A DNA stretch of 44,539 nucleotides from Deltaproteobacteria bacterium (GCA_033763315.1 JANRKS010000012.1:1-44539), one strand, 5' to 3'; positions 27,657-37,903 are shown, counted from the first letter of the stretch. The notes: generated from the sequence alone by a model not told the origin. A program made the numbers and translations.

Positions 27657-28527
27657 ATTGCAGACGAGCTGCGGTGGAGGCGACGCTTCAACGGCCAGTG
27701 AGTTTGCCTCGTCATACTGCGGCTTGCTGAAGCCATGTTGCGCGATGGCGGGGCTGGCCACGGACGGCAAACAATGCGAGGCATTCATAGGCTTCTTCTC
27801 AACCGGCTACAACGCGGACAAAGGCCGTGCGTGTTTGGACGAGCTGCGAGCCAATTCTCAGAAGAGCGACTTCTGCGACTTGAACCCCACAAGCTCCGCC
27901 ACGTGCGACGGCGTTTTTACCTCCGCCAGCGGCAAGAAGAAACCTGGAGAAACTTGTGAGGATGACGATGAGTGTGCCGCCTCGGCCGAGGGCGAAGTGG
28001 ATTGCGCCACTGAATTCGTGAACAACGCGCGCATTCAAAAGTGCCAGGTACAAGTGCGCGGCAAAGAGGGCGATGGCCCCTGCACGGGAACGGTGGATGG
28101 CAGTCTCACGTCTTTTGGTGGCGCCGAATCCACGGACGTGCCCGCGAAGGCATTCCTGTGTTACGTGGCCGATGGCCTTAGTTGCTCTTCAAAAACAGGC
28201 GTGTGCACAAAGATTCAACCTATCGGTGGCGCGTGCCAAAGTTCCTTCCAATCGTATCAGTGTGTCGATGAGGCCTACTGCGATACAACGAAGATGATGT
28301 GCGTGGCAAAGCTGGCGGTGGGCGCCCCCTGCTCCTTCGTCAGCACGTGTGTTGATGCCGCCTACTGCGACGAAGCCACTGACGTTTGCGTGGCAAGACG
28401 CGCGAATGCGGCGGCCTGTGACAACGACGACCAATGCCTCTCCGACAACTGCGTGAATGGCAAGTGCGCCACAGACACAAGCGTCTCTGATTTTGGTTTG
28501 TCTTTCGTCTGCGGCGAGAAAAGCTGA
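27607..28527 (+). CDS. Cys-rich secreted lipoprotein
   Basis: MNTSRAKIGILGCLMLLLQTS-C lipoprotein signal; repeated G-x2-C-x4/5-C modules. Confidence 0.8.
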   Translation: MNTSRAKIGILGCLMLLLQTSCGGGDASTASEFASSYCGLLKPCCAMAGLATDGKQCEAFIGFFSTGYNADKGRACLDELRANSQKSDFCDLNPTSSATCDGVFTSASGKKKPGETCEDDDECAASAEGEVDCATEFVNNARIQKCQVQVRGKEGDGPCTGTVDGSLTSFGGAESTDVPAKAFLCYVADGLSCSSKTGVCTKIQPIGGACQSSFQSYQCVDEAYCDTTKMMCVAKLAVGAPCSFVSTCVDAAYCDEATDVCVARRANAAACDNDDQCLSDNCVNGKCATDTSVSDFGLSFVCGEKS

Positions 28528-28549
28528 GCGGACGGTCTGGTCGAAGACC

Positions 28550-28885
28550 TCAAGCCAGGTGAAAGATCTCGTCGAGCCGCAAAAAGCCCTCGTCAGGCCG
28601 ACGGCCGTCGAGGTTCTCGAAGAACGGCGCCATCTGCTGTTGCCAGCGTTCGTTGACCGGTTCCGCATCCATGCCCTTGAGCGCCGCCCGCAGGTCAGCT
28701 GTTTCGAAATAGCCCACCAGCAGGCCATCCGGTCGCAAGAACAGCGAATAGTTGTGCCAGCCGTGCCGGCGGAGGGCGTCGAGCATCTCGGGCCACACCT
28801 CCGCGTGGCGCTGCCGGTACTCGACCAGACGCTCACGGCGTACCTGAAGGGTAAAACAAACCCGCTCTCGTGGTGCTTGCGGCAT
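28550..28885 (-). CDS. rhaM: L-rhamnose mutarotase
   Basis: EYRQRHAEVWPEMLDAL...G.HNYSLFL...ERWQ..MAPF...LDEIFHL. Confidence 0.9.
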   Translation of the reverse strand: MPQAPRERVCFTLQVRRERLVEYRQRHAEVWPEMLDALRRHGWHNYSLFLRPDGLLVGYFETADLRAALKGMDAEPVNERWQQQMAPFFENLDGRRPDEGFLRLDEIFHLA

Positions 28886-29157
28886 GGCATAGGTCCTATC
28901 ACGTTGCCCTGCCTAGCCCAACTAACCCACATGCAATGGCTTAGGCACTCAGAGCGACTGCAACCGGGGCTCATCCCTTGGTGAAGGACTCGACCCAACG
29001 CTCTGTGACCAGTGCTTCCAGCATCCCTTTGCGTGACTTGTATTGTGCGCCGTAAGAGCGCTCGGGCGACTCTGTCCGTGTGAAGCCCGCCGCAGATATG
29101 CGAATCGCAAAACCCTGGTCAGGCCCGTCATCTTAGGGCTACTGTGACGCCACGTTC

Positions 29158-32100
29158 ATGGACGCCTTCTTGACGCTTGCGGCTGTGGTGTGCGCCTTCG
29201 CGCTGCTGGGAGTGATAAGCGCATTCCGATGGCTGTTTTTAGTCGGACGTAAGCCAGAGCTGGTGGCTGTTGTAGCGTCCCCTTCGTTTACGCGCAAAGA
29301 AAAGTTGGAGGTGGTGGAGGAGCTGTTGGGTGCGCAAATGCCTGCCGCTTTGGCAGACGAGTTGCGGCGTTTGCGAGGACTTCCGCCAGCGTTTGTTGCT
29401 GCACCGCAAGCCGTTGCTGCGCCCAACGTGGCCGAAACGCCCGCTTTGGGGGTTGTGTCTGCGGCCGATCCCGAGCCCTTCACCGTCAATCCGTTTGCGC
29501 CGCTTGAATTGGCACCATCGCCCGTTGCCGCGATCGATGCGCCCACAACCATGATCGGTGGCGCACTGGGCTTAAGCCTCGACGATCGACCGTTTGCAAG
29601 CGCTCCCGAGGATGCACGATTGGCGCAGGCCGCTCACCCGTGGCTGCGATCGCTGTTGTCGTTTGAGAACGTTATTTTTCTGTTGGCAGCCGCACTGATT
29701 TTGGGCGGCACGATCTATTTGTTGGCCACCACGTGGGGCCGTGTGCCTTCGCGTTGGCAGGCGGTCTACCTTGAAGGAGCACTGCTGTTCTACGGCAGCA
29801 TCTTGAGCGGCGCTGCCGTGTTCGTGAAGCGAAAGCTGCAGCTGCAAAGCCCTGCGCAAGTGATTGCGATGTTGGCTATGGTGATGCCGCCCGCCGTGGC
29901 CGTGGTGGCGGGGGCAGGGGCTACGGTGAATGCGATGGGCAGTGTGGCAGGTGCGTGTGCGGCAACGCTCGCTGCGTGGGCAACGTGCTTCATGGTCGCG
30001 CACGCTGATGCGGCTCCACGTTTGGCGGGCGCTTTATTTGCCGGCGCGGTTGCCCTCTTGGCTGCAGGTGTAGCCGCATTCGATTGCGCGTGGCCCGCCA
30101 CCGGCGCCGCGCTGCTCGTGATGAGCATGTTGGTTGCCATGCTGCCGCTGGCCAAGGCGCTGCACGCTTCGGGCATTCGTGCCGTGTTGGTTTTGTTGAG
30201 TTTGCCAGCGGCGATCGCTGTTTTGCCGGCCACGGTGCCCGCGTCGTGGCCGCTGCTCGCGCCGGCTCTTTTGGTCACAGGCTTCCTCGCGTATCGCTTG
30301 CTTGATCAATCGGCCACCGCCGTCGTAAGTGCGTTGTGCGTGCTGTGCGTCTGGATGGTTTGGCCTCACCCAAAGTTGTTGGCGGCGACCATCGCAATTG
30401 CGTTCTCGGTGGCGGCGGTGACGTCCGTGTCAGCGGCGCGAGAAGCGCGACTCCAGGCACGGTTGCTTTCAGCCCTGCTTTACATCGCGCTTGCTTTTGC
30501 GTGGACCGGTCGACTGGGCCCAGATGCTCTTCTAAACCAAAGCACGGCATTGGTGGCGGCCGCCTCCTTGCCGTTTGCGATCGCCGCTTTTGCTGCCGCT
30601 TTGCTGAGGATGCCCGCGCCTCCACACTATGCAGCCAACGGCTTCGAGGTCATCGGCCTCATCATCCTTGGACTCGCACAGACCTTAACTGCCATGTCTG
30701 TGACAGGAGCGTGGACTCATGCGCTCGTGACACTTGCGATCGCCGGCATTGGCTACGCGTATGCGGCACGCATGCAAGCCTCCGAGATCTGGCGTCGTGT
30801 ATTGGCTCACGTATTTCTGTTGACCTCTGCAGGCATCGCCGGTGGCTTGTTTGCCTCGTGGGCCATAGGCTCTGCCGTGTGCGTGGCTGCACTTGCGCTG
30901 ATGGCACTGCGCCAGCCTACGGCTTGGTGGGTTGGGGTGTTGGGGGCACCCGTTGGTTTTGTGATGGCTTTGTCCGCGGCAGCCCCGCGATGGTCCGTTG
31001 TTGCGTTGTGCGCGGCATTTCTTGTGCTGTTGTTGGTGCGCACACGCGACCAAGCGCTAAAGCCATGGCGGTTGGCGATCTACCCTGCGTGGCTTGTGGT
31101 TGTGTACATGGCATTAGGGTATTGGCAATCGAACCAAGCGCCGTGGATTGCCCCATCGTATCTTGCTTTGTCACTGGTTGTGGCCAGTGTGCCCGCGGGC
31201 GTGTTCGTTGGGGTGCGACGTCGTGCCGATCTTCTGATGGTTGAGGTAGGCCTGGCCCTCGCGTGCCTCTCGGCGGCCGACGCGGCGTTGTCTGCGCTGG
31301 TCGTGCTCGCAGCTCTTGCCTTTGGTCGCTGTGCAACGGCGCGCAGGTTTGTGGCGATGGCATCGTTGCCTGTCGCCTTGCTCGCTATGCAACAGCAGGC
31401 CCACTCTTGGCTGTTGGGCGTCCTTGTGGCGGCGGTGGCGGCGCGCCTGCTGTGGCAAGCACGCCCATCTTCGAGCCACGCCGACGATGCAGCAGCCTAT
31501 TGGCACAACGCCGAGATTTGCATCGGCCCCGTCTTGTTCATAGCTGCGCAATTGCTCGCAACGATGGCGCCGCCACAGGGCGCCCTTTTGCCGCTTTACG
31601 CAGCGCCGCTGGTTGTGGCACTGGGCCTCGTGCCATTCGCCTTTGTGGCCAGCGTTTGGGCGCGCCCCGTGTTGTGGGTCACCGAGGTGCATCTCGGTGC
31701 GGGGCTCACGTTCGTGATGTCTTTGCTGGTCGCGATGATCGTGCCCAGGGGCGATCGTGTCGCCGTTGCCGCAGGCACGGCTTGCTTGGTGGCACTGGCC
31801 TGCGCGGTCGCCGCTTGCCTGCGTGGTCCCTTGGCAAAAGGGCGCATCACGCTTGTTGGCACCGCCATCATGGCCCCTGTGGCCGTCGTCGCAATGACAC
31901 AGTCTCTGTGGATTGCACCCGTCGTGGCGATGGTTGGTGCGGCTGCGTTGTTGCTTTACGGCCGCCTCTCTGGTGAGCCGCTTTTGTCACGCGCTGGTTT
32001 CCTCTTGAGCTTGCCGGCGGCCGCTTGGTCCCTTGCCGCCATGGGCCTGCCCAGTTCCTCAAGCCTTACCGATATGGATAAGGCCACCGTGTTGCGTGTA

Positions 32101-33828
32101 GGCGCGGCGATTGCCATTCATGGATGCGTGGCCACGCGTTGGCACCGCCAAAGAGCTGGGGTCGTTTTGCGATGGACGATGCGCGCCGATCTTGTGTTGG
32201 CCATGATCGTCGTGGGAATCGGCACGTTTGTGTTCACGTCGTCACGAACGTGGTCACCAAGATTTTCCTCTGAAGAACTCAGTCTGCTGCTTGCCACCAC
32301 TTTTTGGGCGACGCTCTTGGCACTCGCGAGTCGCAGCGCGGAGCGCGTGCTTGCTGTTACGTTAGGGCTTGCCGGAGCCGCGTGCGCGGTCGCGCTCACG
32401 TGGGTGATGTCCGCGGTGTTCCATCGCGGATGGGAGGCTCTGGCGTTGGCTGCATTTTGTTCGCTTGCAGGTTTGTTGGCGGGCACGGCCAAGCGAAGCC
32501 ACCCGCAATCGCGCCTCGCATGGATTGTGGCCACGTTCTTGATGCCCGTCTTGGTGGCATCTTGTGCTCCCCTCGATTGGTCGCTGCAGGCAGGTGCCGC
32601 CGCCGCTTTTGCGTTCGTTGCGGTGCTGTGCTGGCTGTCAAAGCGGCGGGACGACAACGTGCTAGGCACGTGGGGCCTTTCTCTTGGAGCCGTCGCGTTC
32701 ATGTGGGCGTTAGGCGCTGCGGCAGAACCCTTTTCACACGGCGGTGATAAGGCACGGCATTTGCCCTTAGTAACCGTTGCGCTGACGGTCTATGCGGTGC
32801 TGGTGGGGCAAAAGGGCAAACGGATCGCGGCGTGCTCGAGCGCCGTCTACTTCCGCGTCGCGCTCGGCGCCCTGGCCTTTGCCATGGTGGCACTTGTGGC
32901 CAGCGTTGGGCTTCTGCCTGAACCTTCGTTCGCCACAGTGCTTAAGACGGAGGCGGCCCTGGCCGTGTTTGCTGGCGGATCTCTTTACGTGGCGCTGCGC
33001 TTTTCATGGGGCTGGGCCTTTTATGGTGCGGAGGGTGCGGTTGTGGTGGCGTATGGATACCTCCGCCTGCGCACCAATTGGCTGCATGCGTTTGGTGACT
33101 GGGACGGCGTGGCCATGACGGTGTTTGCTTTTCTTGGCCTGGCGGCTGAACGAAAGCTGCGCACACTCAAAAAAGCGGTTGGAGCCCGCGAAAGCGTGCA
33201 CGTGGCGATGCTTTTGCCTCTTGTGTCTGCCGTGCTGCTCGATGCCGACTCTCCTGTGCGTGCGATTGGCTCGGCGGCGGCGTCCCTGTTTTACTTGCAC
33301 ATCGCACGCCGAGGTGGCGTGTATCGTTTGGCGGCATGGGCGGGTGTGGGGTTGGCGAACGCGAGTCTCATCAATCTTTGGTTGCACTTAGATTTCACGT
33401 CGCCACTGCTATTTGCAGTGCCCGTGGGGCTATCACTGGCTGCGCTTGTGCATGGGCAAGCTGAAGCCTTGGGCAATGCCGCGGCTCCGTTGAAGACGAT
33501 CGCTTCACTGCTGGTCCTCGGCGTTGGCTCGTGGGAAGCGATGCGCTTTACAAGCCCATGGCCAGCGTTGGCTCTTGCCGCGCTGTCAATTCTGGGCGTG
33601 TTCGTCGGCATTGTCTGGAGAACACGCGCTTACCTTTATCTATCCTTCGGCGCGCTCATTCTGGACATCGTGGCCAACGTCACCCGCTTTGGCTTGCGTG
33701 ATCGCTTAACAGGCGCCTTGCTAGGTTTAGGCGCCGGCCTTGTGCTTTTGGCGCTCGGCGTGATTGTGGCGCGCCACAAAGCCCAGTTGTTGGCGCGTTA
33801 CCATGAGCTGCAAGAATGGCAGTGGTGA
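29158..33828 (+). CDS. Very large polytopic membrane protein of unknown function
   Basis: 1556 aa, almost continuous Ala/Leu/Val hydrophobic helices; ENVIFLLAAALILGGTIYLL near the N-terminus. Confidence 0.8.
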   Translation: MDAFLTLAAVVCAFALLGVISAFRWLFLVGRKPELVAVVASPSFTRKEKLEVVEELLGAQMPAALADELRRLRGLPPAFVAAPQAVAAPNVAETPALGVVSAADPEPFTVNPFAPLELAPSPVAAIDAPTTMIGGALGLSLDDRPFASAPEDARLAQAAHPWLRSLLSFENVIFLLAAALILGGTIYLLATTWGRVPSRWQAVYLEGALLFYGSILSGAAVFVKRKLQLQSPAQVIAMLAMVMPPAVAVVAGAGATVNAMGSVAGACAATLAAWATCFMVAHADAAPRLAGALFAGAVALLAAGVAAFDCAWPATGAALLVMSMLVAMLPLAKALHASGIRAVLVLLSLPAAIAVLPATVPASWPLLAPALLVTGFLAYRLLDQSATAVVSALCVLCVWMVWPHPKLLAATIAIAFSVAAVTSVSAAREARLQARLLSALLYIALAFAWTGRLGPDALLNQSTALVAAASLPFAIAAFAAALLRMPAPPHYAANGFEVIGLIILGLAQTLTAMSVTGAWTHALVTLAIAGIGYAYAARMQASEIWRRVLAHVFLLTSAGIAGGLFASWAIGSAVCVAALALMALRQPTAWWVGVLGAPVGFVMALSAAAPRWSVVALCAAFLVLLLVRTRDQALKPWRLAIYPAWLVVVYMALGYWQSNQAPWIAPSYLALSLVVASVPAGVFVGVRRRADLLMVEVGLALACLSAADAALSALVVLAALAFGRCATARRFVAMASLPVALLAMQQQAHSWLLGVLVAAVAARLLWQARPSSSHADDAAAYWHNAEICIGPVLFIAAQLLATMAPPQGALLPLYAAPLVVALGLVPFAFVASVWARPVLWVTEVHLGAGLTFVMSLLVAMIVPRGDRVAVAAGTACLVALACAVAACLRGPLAKGRITLVGTAIMAPVAVVAMTQSLWIAPVVAMVGAAALLLYGRLSGEPLLSRAGFLLSLPAAAWSLAAMGLPSSSSLTDMDKATVLRVGAAIAIHGCVATRWHRQRAGVVLRWTMRADLVLAMIVVGIGTFVFTSSRTWSPRFSSEELSLLLATTFWATLLALASRSAERVLAVTLGLAGAACAVALTWVMSAVFHRGWEALALAAFCSLAGLLAGTAKRSHPQSRLAWIVATFLMPVLVASCAPLDWSLQAGAAAAFAFVAVLCWLSKRRDDNVLGTWGLSLGAVAFMWALGAAAEPFSHGGDKARHLPLVTVALTVYAVLVGQKGKRIAACSSAVYFRVALGALAFAMVALVASVGLLPEPSFATVLKTEAALAVFAGGSLYVALRFSWGWAFYGAEGAVVVAYGYLRLRTNWLHAFGDWDGVAMTVFAFLGLAAERKLRTLKKAVGARESVHVAMLLPLVSAVLLDADSPVRAIGSAAASLFYLHIARRGGVYRLAAWAGVGLANASLINLWLHLDFTSPLLFAVPVGLSLAALVHGQAEALGNAAAPLKTIASLLVLGVGSWEAMRFTSPWPALALAALSILGVFVGIVWRTRAYLYLSFGALILDIVANVTRFGLRDRLTGALLGLGAGLVLLALGVIVARHKAQLLARYHELQEWQW

Positions 33829-33832
33829 AGCA

Positions 33833-34645
33833 ATGATTGACTGGATCGCGTTTTTGCTAGCGGTAGCGACCTTAGCTCTTTGCCTATTCCTTGTTTGGCG
33901 CTTTGTTGGCCGCAAGGCCCGATCGCGCTTCGTATTCGCTGCGCGCCTGCTGCTGTGCCTGGTGCTTGCGGTGCCGATCGTTGGGCTCGGCGCCTGGCGA
34001 TTCTGCAATTCCCGGTCGATGCAGGTTGTGGGTCAGATCGTGAATCGAGTTGAGACGACCGAGCCCGTGGTGGCGCTGACCTTTGATGATGGACCCGCTC
34101 CAGCCGCCACGCTTCAGATCCTGCGCGACTTGGCTGTCGAGAACGTGCGCGCCACCTTCTTCCTCATTGGCAGCCAGGTGGCGGCGCACCCTGACTCTGC
34201 CCGAGCGCTTGTTGCCGCCGGCCATGAGATTGGCAACCACACCAACTCGCACCCAAGGATGTTGGGGCTATCACAGGCGCACATTGCCGATGAACTTGAA
34301 TCGACGGACCAGCTCATCCGCCAGGCCGGCTATGATGGCGCGGTTCATTTTCGCTCACCGTTTGCCAAGAAGTTCGTGGCGCTGCCGCTTTATCTTTGGC
34401 GCACCAACCGCATCAACGTTTTGTGGGATGTCGAGCCAGAGAGCGATTCGGATGTTAACGGCGACCCCGCGCGCATCGTACGCCATGTGATCGAAAACGT
34501 CCGCCCCGGGTCGATCGTCCTGCTTCACGTTATGCCTCCCTCCCGGAAGGCTTCGCTCGCGGCGGTGCCGCAGATCGTGAGCCAACTAAGAGCGCGCGGC
34601 TTCCGCTTCGTCACCGTTTCAGAACTGCTGAAGCTTCGCACCTAG
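33833..34645 (+). CDS. NodB-type polysaccharide deacetylase with N-terminal TM anchor
   Basis: VALTFDDGP, ATFFLIG, GHEIGNHTNSH, FRSPF, GSIVLLH. Confidence 0.92.
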   Translation: MIDWIAFLLAVATLALCLFLVWRFVGRKARSRFVFAARLLLCLVLAVPIVGLGAWRFCNSRSMQVVGQIVNRVETTEPVVALTFDDGPAPAATLQILRDLAVENVRATFFLIGSQVAAHPDSARALVAAGHEIGNHTNSHPRMLGLSQAHIADELESTDQLIRQAGYDGAVHFRSPFAKKFVALPLYLWRTNRINVLWDVEPESDSDVNGDPARIVRHVIENVRPGSIVLLHVMPPSRKASLAAVPQIVSQLRARGFRFVTVSELLKLRT

Positions 34646-34831
34646 CGCAAGCGGGCAGCCGCAGGGGCTTGGCTGATGCCCACTTCATGGAGACATCAGG
34701 TCTCGGCGGATGACGTTTTCGCAGGCACGCCGGCGTCGATCACTGTCGGGATCGCTCACGTTGCAGCAGACGGCCCATCATGTTCTGAATACTCAGCTCG
34801 CACATGTTGAACCGCCTGAAACCGAAGCGCC

Positions 34832-36001
34832 TTACATCGCTGGCACGGTCACGGTGCTGCTTTGTAGAACAACCGCTGTTTGTGCCAACAGCCTGCCCTT
34901 GATCGACGCTCCCGTGCGCAACGTGATGGCCGTTTGGCTCATGACGGTTCCCTCAAAGTGTGCGGTGGTACCGATCTCTACGAAGCCACTGACTTGCCAA
35001 AAGACGTTCTTGGCCAACGCGCCACCCGACAACGTGATGCTCTTGCCGCTGCTCATGGTTAGGTTTTGCGCGACCTGGAAAATCCACACGTCGGTCGCAG
35101 TCCCCGTAAGCGCGAGGTCAGTGGGAATCAGCAAACCGCTGGCCCAGCTGTAAACGCCCGGCGCCAGTGTTTTTCCACCGATGTCACCCGCGCCCAATTC
35201 AGTCACATCCGCTGCGCGGCCAGCCGCATCCGTGAACGCCAGCTCCATGTCGCTCACGGCCGCTGTCAGATTCGCAGGCGTAGGGGCCGCGTAATTCGCC
35301 GCGTACACGTTCCCGGTGACTTGCGACGATTTTGAAAACTGCGCAGACGGATCCGCGATCAGCGAGAACTCAGTGATGGCCGTGGCCGAAGCAGGGCTGA
35401 CCGCAATGTTGCCAGTGATGACCGATGGGGGAACCGTGGAGATGGCGCTTTTGGCAAGGATGACGAAGTTGCCAGCGCTTGCGAGGTTTACGGGAAGGGG
35501 CGCTGCCACATTGGTTCCGGTGGTGAAACCAAAAGTGTGGTTCGCAGCCATCGGCACGCCCAAGCCACTCTTGACCGCTGTTGTGATGGTTGCGGTGTAC
35601 AAGGTGCTGGCAGCAAGACGCGCTGAAGGGCGGAACACAGCCGTACGGCTGCCGTAGATAACCGTGCCAGGCACCGCAGTGTTGCCAAGCTTCAACATGA
35701 AGCTGTTCGCGTTGAGTGAGTCGCGATCCATCGCCATATCGAACGTCACGCTGACGCTGGCGTTGAGTGCAACGCTGGCAGCGCTGTTGGTGGGGTTATT
35801 TGCAGTCACCTGGGGCGCCACAGCGTTGGCGTCCGCGGTGCCCGTTTCACTTGCGTTGGAATCGTTGGAATCGTTGGCATCGGTCCCGCCATCGGCAAAC
35901 TGGCCGGAATCACCGTCAGAGTCGTCGCAAGCGGCACCAAGGGACACCAGCAAGAACGCGACTGCTGTACTCGATACGAAAGCTCTAGATCTTATTGTCA
36001 T
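34832..36001 (-). CDS. DUF3494 ice-binding-like lipoprotein with an Ig-like (Big_5) domain
   Basis: Lipobox GAA-C; Ig-like VTFDMAMD...F.P...L...TLYTATIT; DUF3494 VNL.SAGNFVILAKS...LAPGVY...WIFQ...NVFWQV...HFEGT...GRLLAQTAV. Confidence 0.9.
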   Translation of the reverse strand: MTIRSRAFVSSTAVAFLLVSLGAACDDSDGDSGQFADGGTDANDSNDSNASETGTADANAVAPQVTANNPTNSAASVALNASVSVTFDMAMDRDSLNANSFMLKLGNTAVPGTVIYGSRTAVFRPSARLAASTLYTATITTAVKSGLGVPMAANHTFGFTTGTNVAAPLPVNLASAGNFVILAKSAISTVPPSVITGNIAVSPASATAITEFSLIADPSAQFSKSSQVTGNVYAANYAAPTPANLTAAVSDMELAFTDAAGRAADVTELGAGDIGGKTLAPGVYSWASGLLIPTDLALTGTATDVWIFQVAQNLTMSSGKSITLSGGALAKNVFWQVSGFVEIGTTAHFEGTVMSQTAITLRTGASIKGRLLAQTAVVLQSSTVTVPAM

Positions 36002-36178
36002 GGGTCATCGTGCGCCCATTTCCACCTTTTAGACATCACGAACTCGAATACGCCATGATGCCGAGGAGTTGAGCGGCCGACGTCACCAAAGGGGGACGCT
36101 CGCGAAGCCGCGAGATTCCGATGCAGTCGCGTGACGGTCGTGCCGCCGCGGGCATCTTATAGGTTAGGACGGGTTCAA

Positions 36179-37351
36179 GTGACGCCAGCTTCCGTTCCCT
36201 CACGGTTCAACATGCCGGACGCATTACGTGCGGCACATCCACTGCTCACCAAGCGGCTTGAAGAGGCACTGCTGCAAAGCGATGCCTTGGCCGATGACGT
36301 TGTCCGTGACTTCGCCACGCTGCCACAAGGGGCTGGGTTTCGCTTGCTGGAACAGGGGCTGGCGCTGGGACCCGAAGCGCTTGTGCAAGCGCCGCTGTCG
36401 CTGCACCAGCTGCTCGCGCAGGCGGCCGAGAAACCATCCTGGGTAAACATGGCCCAGGCCGAAGCGGGCGCAGGTGCTTTGCTTCGTGCCGGTCCAGCCG
36501 CGGGCATCGTTTTAGGCATGAAATCCCTGATCTTGGGCTACGCCTCACCTGCGGGAAACAAGCCTTTGATGCTGTCGGGCCAGCTGCAATCACGCACGCC
36601 GATGCGGCTTGCTGAAACCAGTCGGTTCGTGCAAGCCATCAGCCAGCCGGGCGGCGTCACACGTCACGGGCAGGGCCTGGCCATCGCCGTAAAGGTTCGG
36701 ATCATGCATGCGCAAGTCCGCAGCTTGATCGAACGCGCGCAGAAAAATTGGAGCCCTGAGTATGGGGTTCCCATTAACCAACACGATATGCTGGCAACCG
36801 TGATCTTATTCTCCGCTGCGTTGGTCGAAGGCCTGCGGCAGCTTGGGTACGGGATCACGAGCCGTGAGGCCGATGACATCAGCCACTTGTGGCGATACGT
36901 GGGCTGGCTTATGGGCGTGCGCGAAGACTTGCTGCCAGGCAACCATCAAGACGCGCTGCGGATGGCCGATCTAATTCAATCCGCTCAAGGCCCACCCGAT
37001 GACGATTCGCGTACGCTTGTGGCCGCGCTTTTTGGCTCGCGCGAACAAATGGCAACGACGGCGGCGCAACGGCAGCGGGCCCGCAGCCGCGTCGCCATCA
37101 TGCAAGCTATCTGCAGGCATCTCATCGGTGCTGAGCTTGCCGATGCGTTGCACATACCAGCCACACGGTGGCACCTGTTGCCGCTCTTCGCTCGTCCCAT
37201 TTTTGGCTTGGCAGCGCGTGCGAATCGCCTACCGATGTTGCGGAACGCAGCCGCGCGCGCAGGAGACGCGTATTGGAAGGCGGCGGTGTCCGAAGTTCTA
37301 CGCGAAGATCCACCTTTCGCCCTGCCCAAGGGGCTGATGAACGCGCAGTGA
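36179..37351 (+). CDS. MpaB/Lcp-like (DUF2236) oxygenase family protein
   Basis: RLAETSRF, KVRIMHAQVR, YGVPINQHDM, HLWRYVGWLMGV. Start uncertain (36131 or 36179). Confidence 0.85.
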   Translation: MTPASVPSRFNMPDALRAAHPLLTKRLEEALLQSDALADDVVRDFATLPQGAGFRLLEQGLALGPEALVQAPLSLHQLLAQAAEKPSWVNMAQAEAGAGALLRAGPAAGIVLGMKSLILGYASPAGNKPLMLSGQLQSRTPMRLAETSRFVQAISQPGGVTRHGQGLAIAVKVRIMHAQVRSLIERAQKNWSPEYGVPINQHDMLATVILFSAALVEGLRQLGYGITSREADDISHLWRYVGWLMGVREDLLPGNHQDALRMADLIQSAQGPPDDDSRTLVAALFGSREQMATTAAQRQRARSRVAIMQAICRHLIGAELADALHIPATRWHLLPLFARPIFGLAARANRLPMLRNAAARAGDAYWKAAVSEVLREDPPFALPKGLMNAQ

Positions 37352-37520
37352 TCCACGACCTGGCTCGTAACCGGCGCGAAGCGCTCGGGGACGCCGTCTT
37401 GGGCGAGGGCGCATGGGGCCGGGGCATGTCAAGAAGGACCACGGAAATCGCGGGGTTAGGCTCCAATCCCTGTGAAAACGGGCTGCGAAACGAAGTATGA
37501 GAAAAAAAACGACATTCATT

Positions 37521-37546
37521 TGTCCAATTGGCGCCGGGCCGTCGTC
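37521..37546 (+). promoter_or_regulatory. Probable ECF42-type promoter
   Basis: TGTCCA-N16-CGTC, close to the reported ECF42 consensus (-35 TGTCGA, -10 CGA/TC), directly upstream of the YciI-ECF42 operon. Confidence 0.6.
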
Positions 37547-37566
37547 ATGATTGCGGAGGTACCACA

Positions 37567-37902
37567 ATGAAATTTGTTTTTTTGTATCGCAATTCACTGG
37601 AGCCAAGCGACCGGCCATCGGCGTCCGACATGGAGGCTGGCTATGCAAAATGGGGCGCCTGGATGTCCAAGCACTCTAAAGAGATCTTGGAACAGCCCCC
37701 GGCGCGTTCAGGGCCGAAGCCGGGCGGCGCCCGTGCCGTGTGCAAGAAGGGCGTGGTGACCGATGGTCCCTACGTTGAGGGAAAGGAGGTTGTGGGCGGC
37801 TGGTCGTTCATCGAGGCCGAGTCGCTGGAGAAGGCTGCCGAGATTGCCAAAGAAGTACCCATGTTCTCGAGCGTTGAGATCATAGAGGTCACCACGTTCT
37901 GA
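37567..37902 (+). CDS. YciI/DGPF-family protein
   Basis: VTDGPYVEGKEVVGGWSFIEAESLEKA; RBS GGAGG. Confidence 0.88.
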   Translation: MKFVFLYRNSLEPSDRPSASDMEAGYAKWGAWMSKHSKEILEQPPARSGPKPGGARAVCKKGVVTDGPYVEGKEVVGGWSFIEAESLEKAAEIAKEVPMFSSVEIIEVTTF

Positions 37903-37903
37903 T

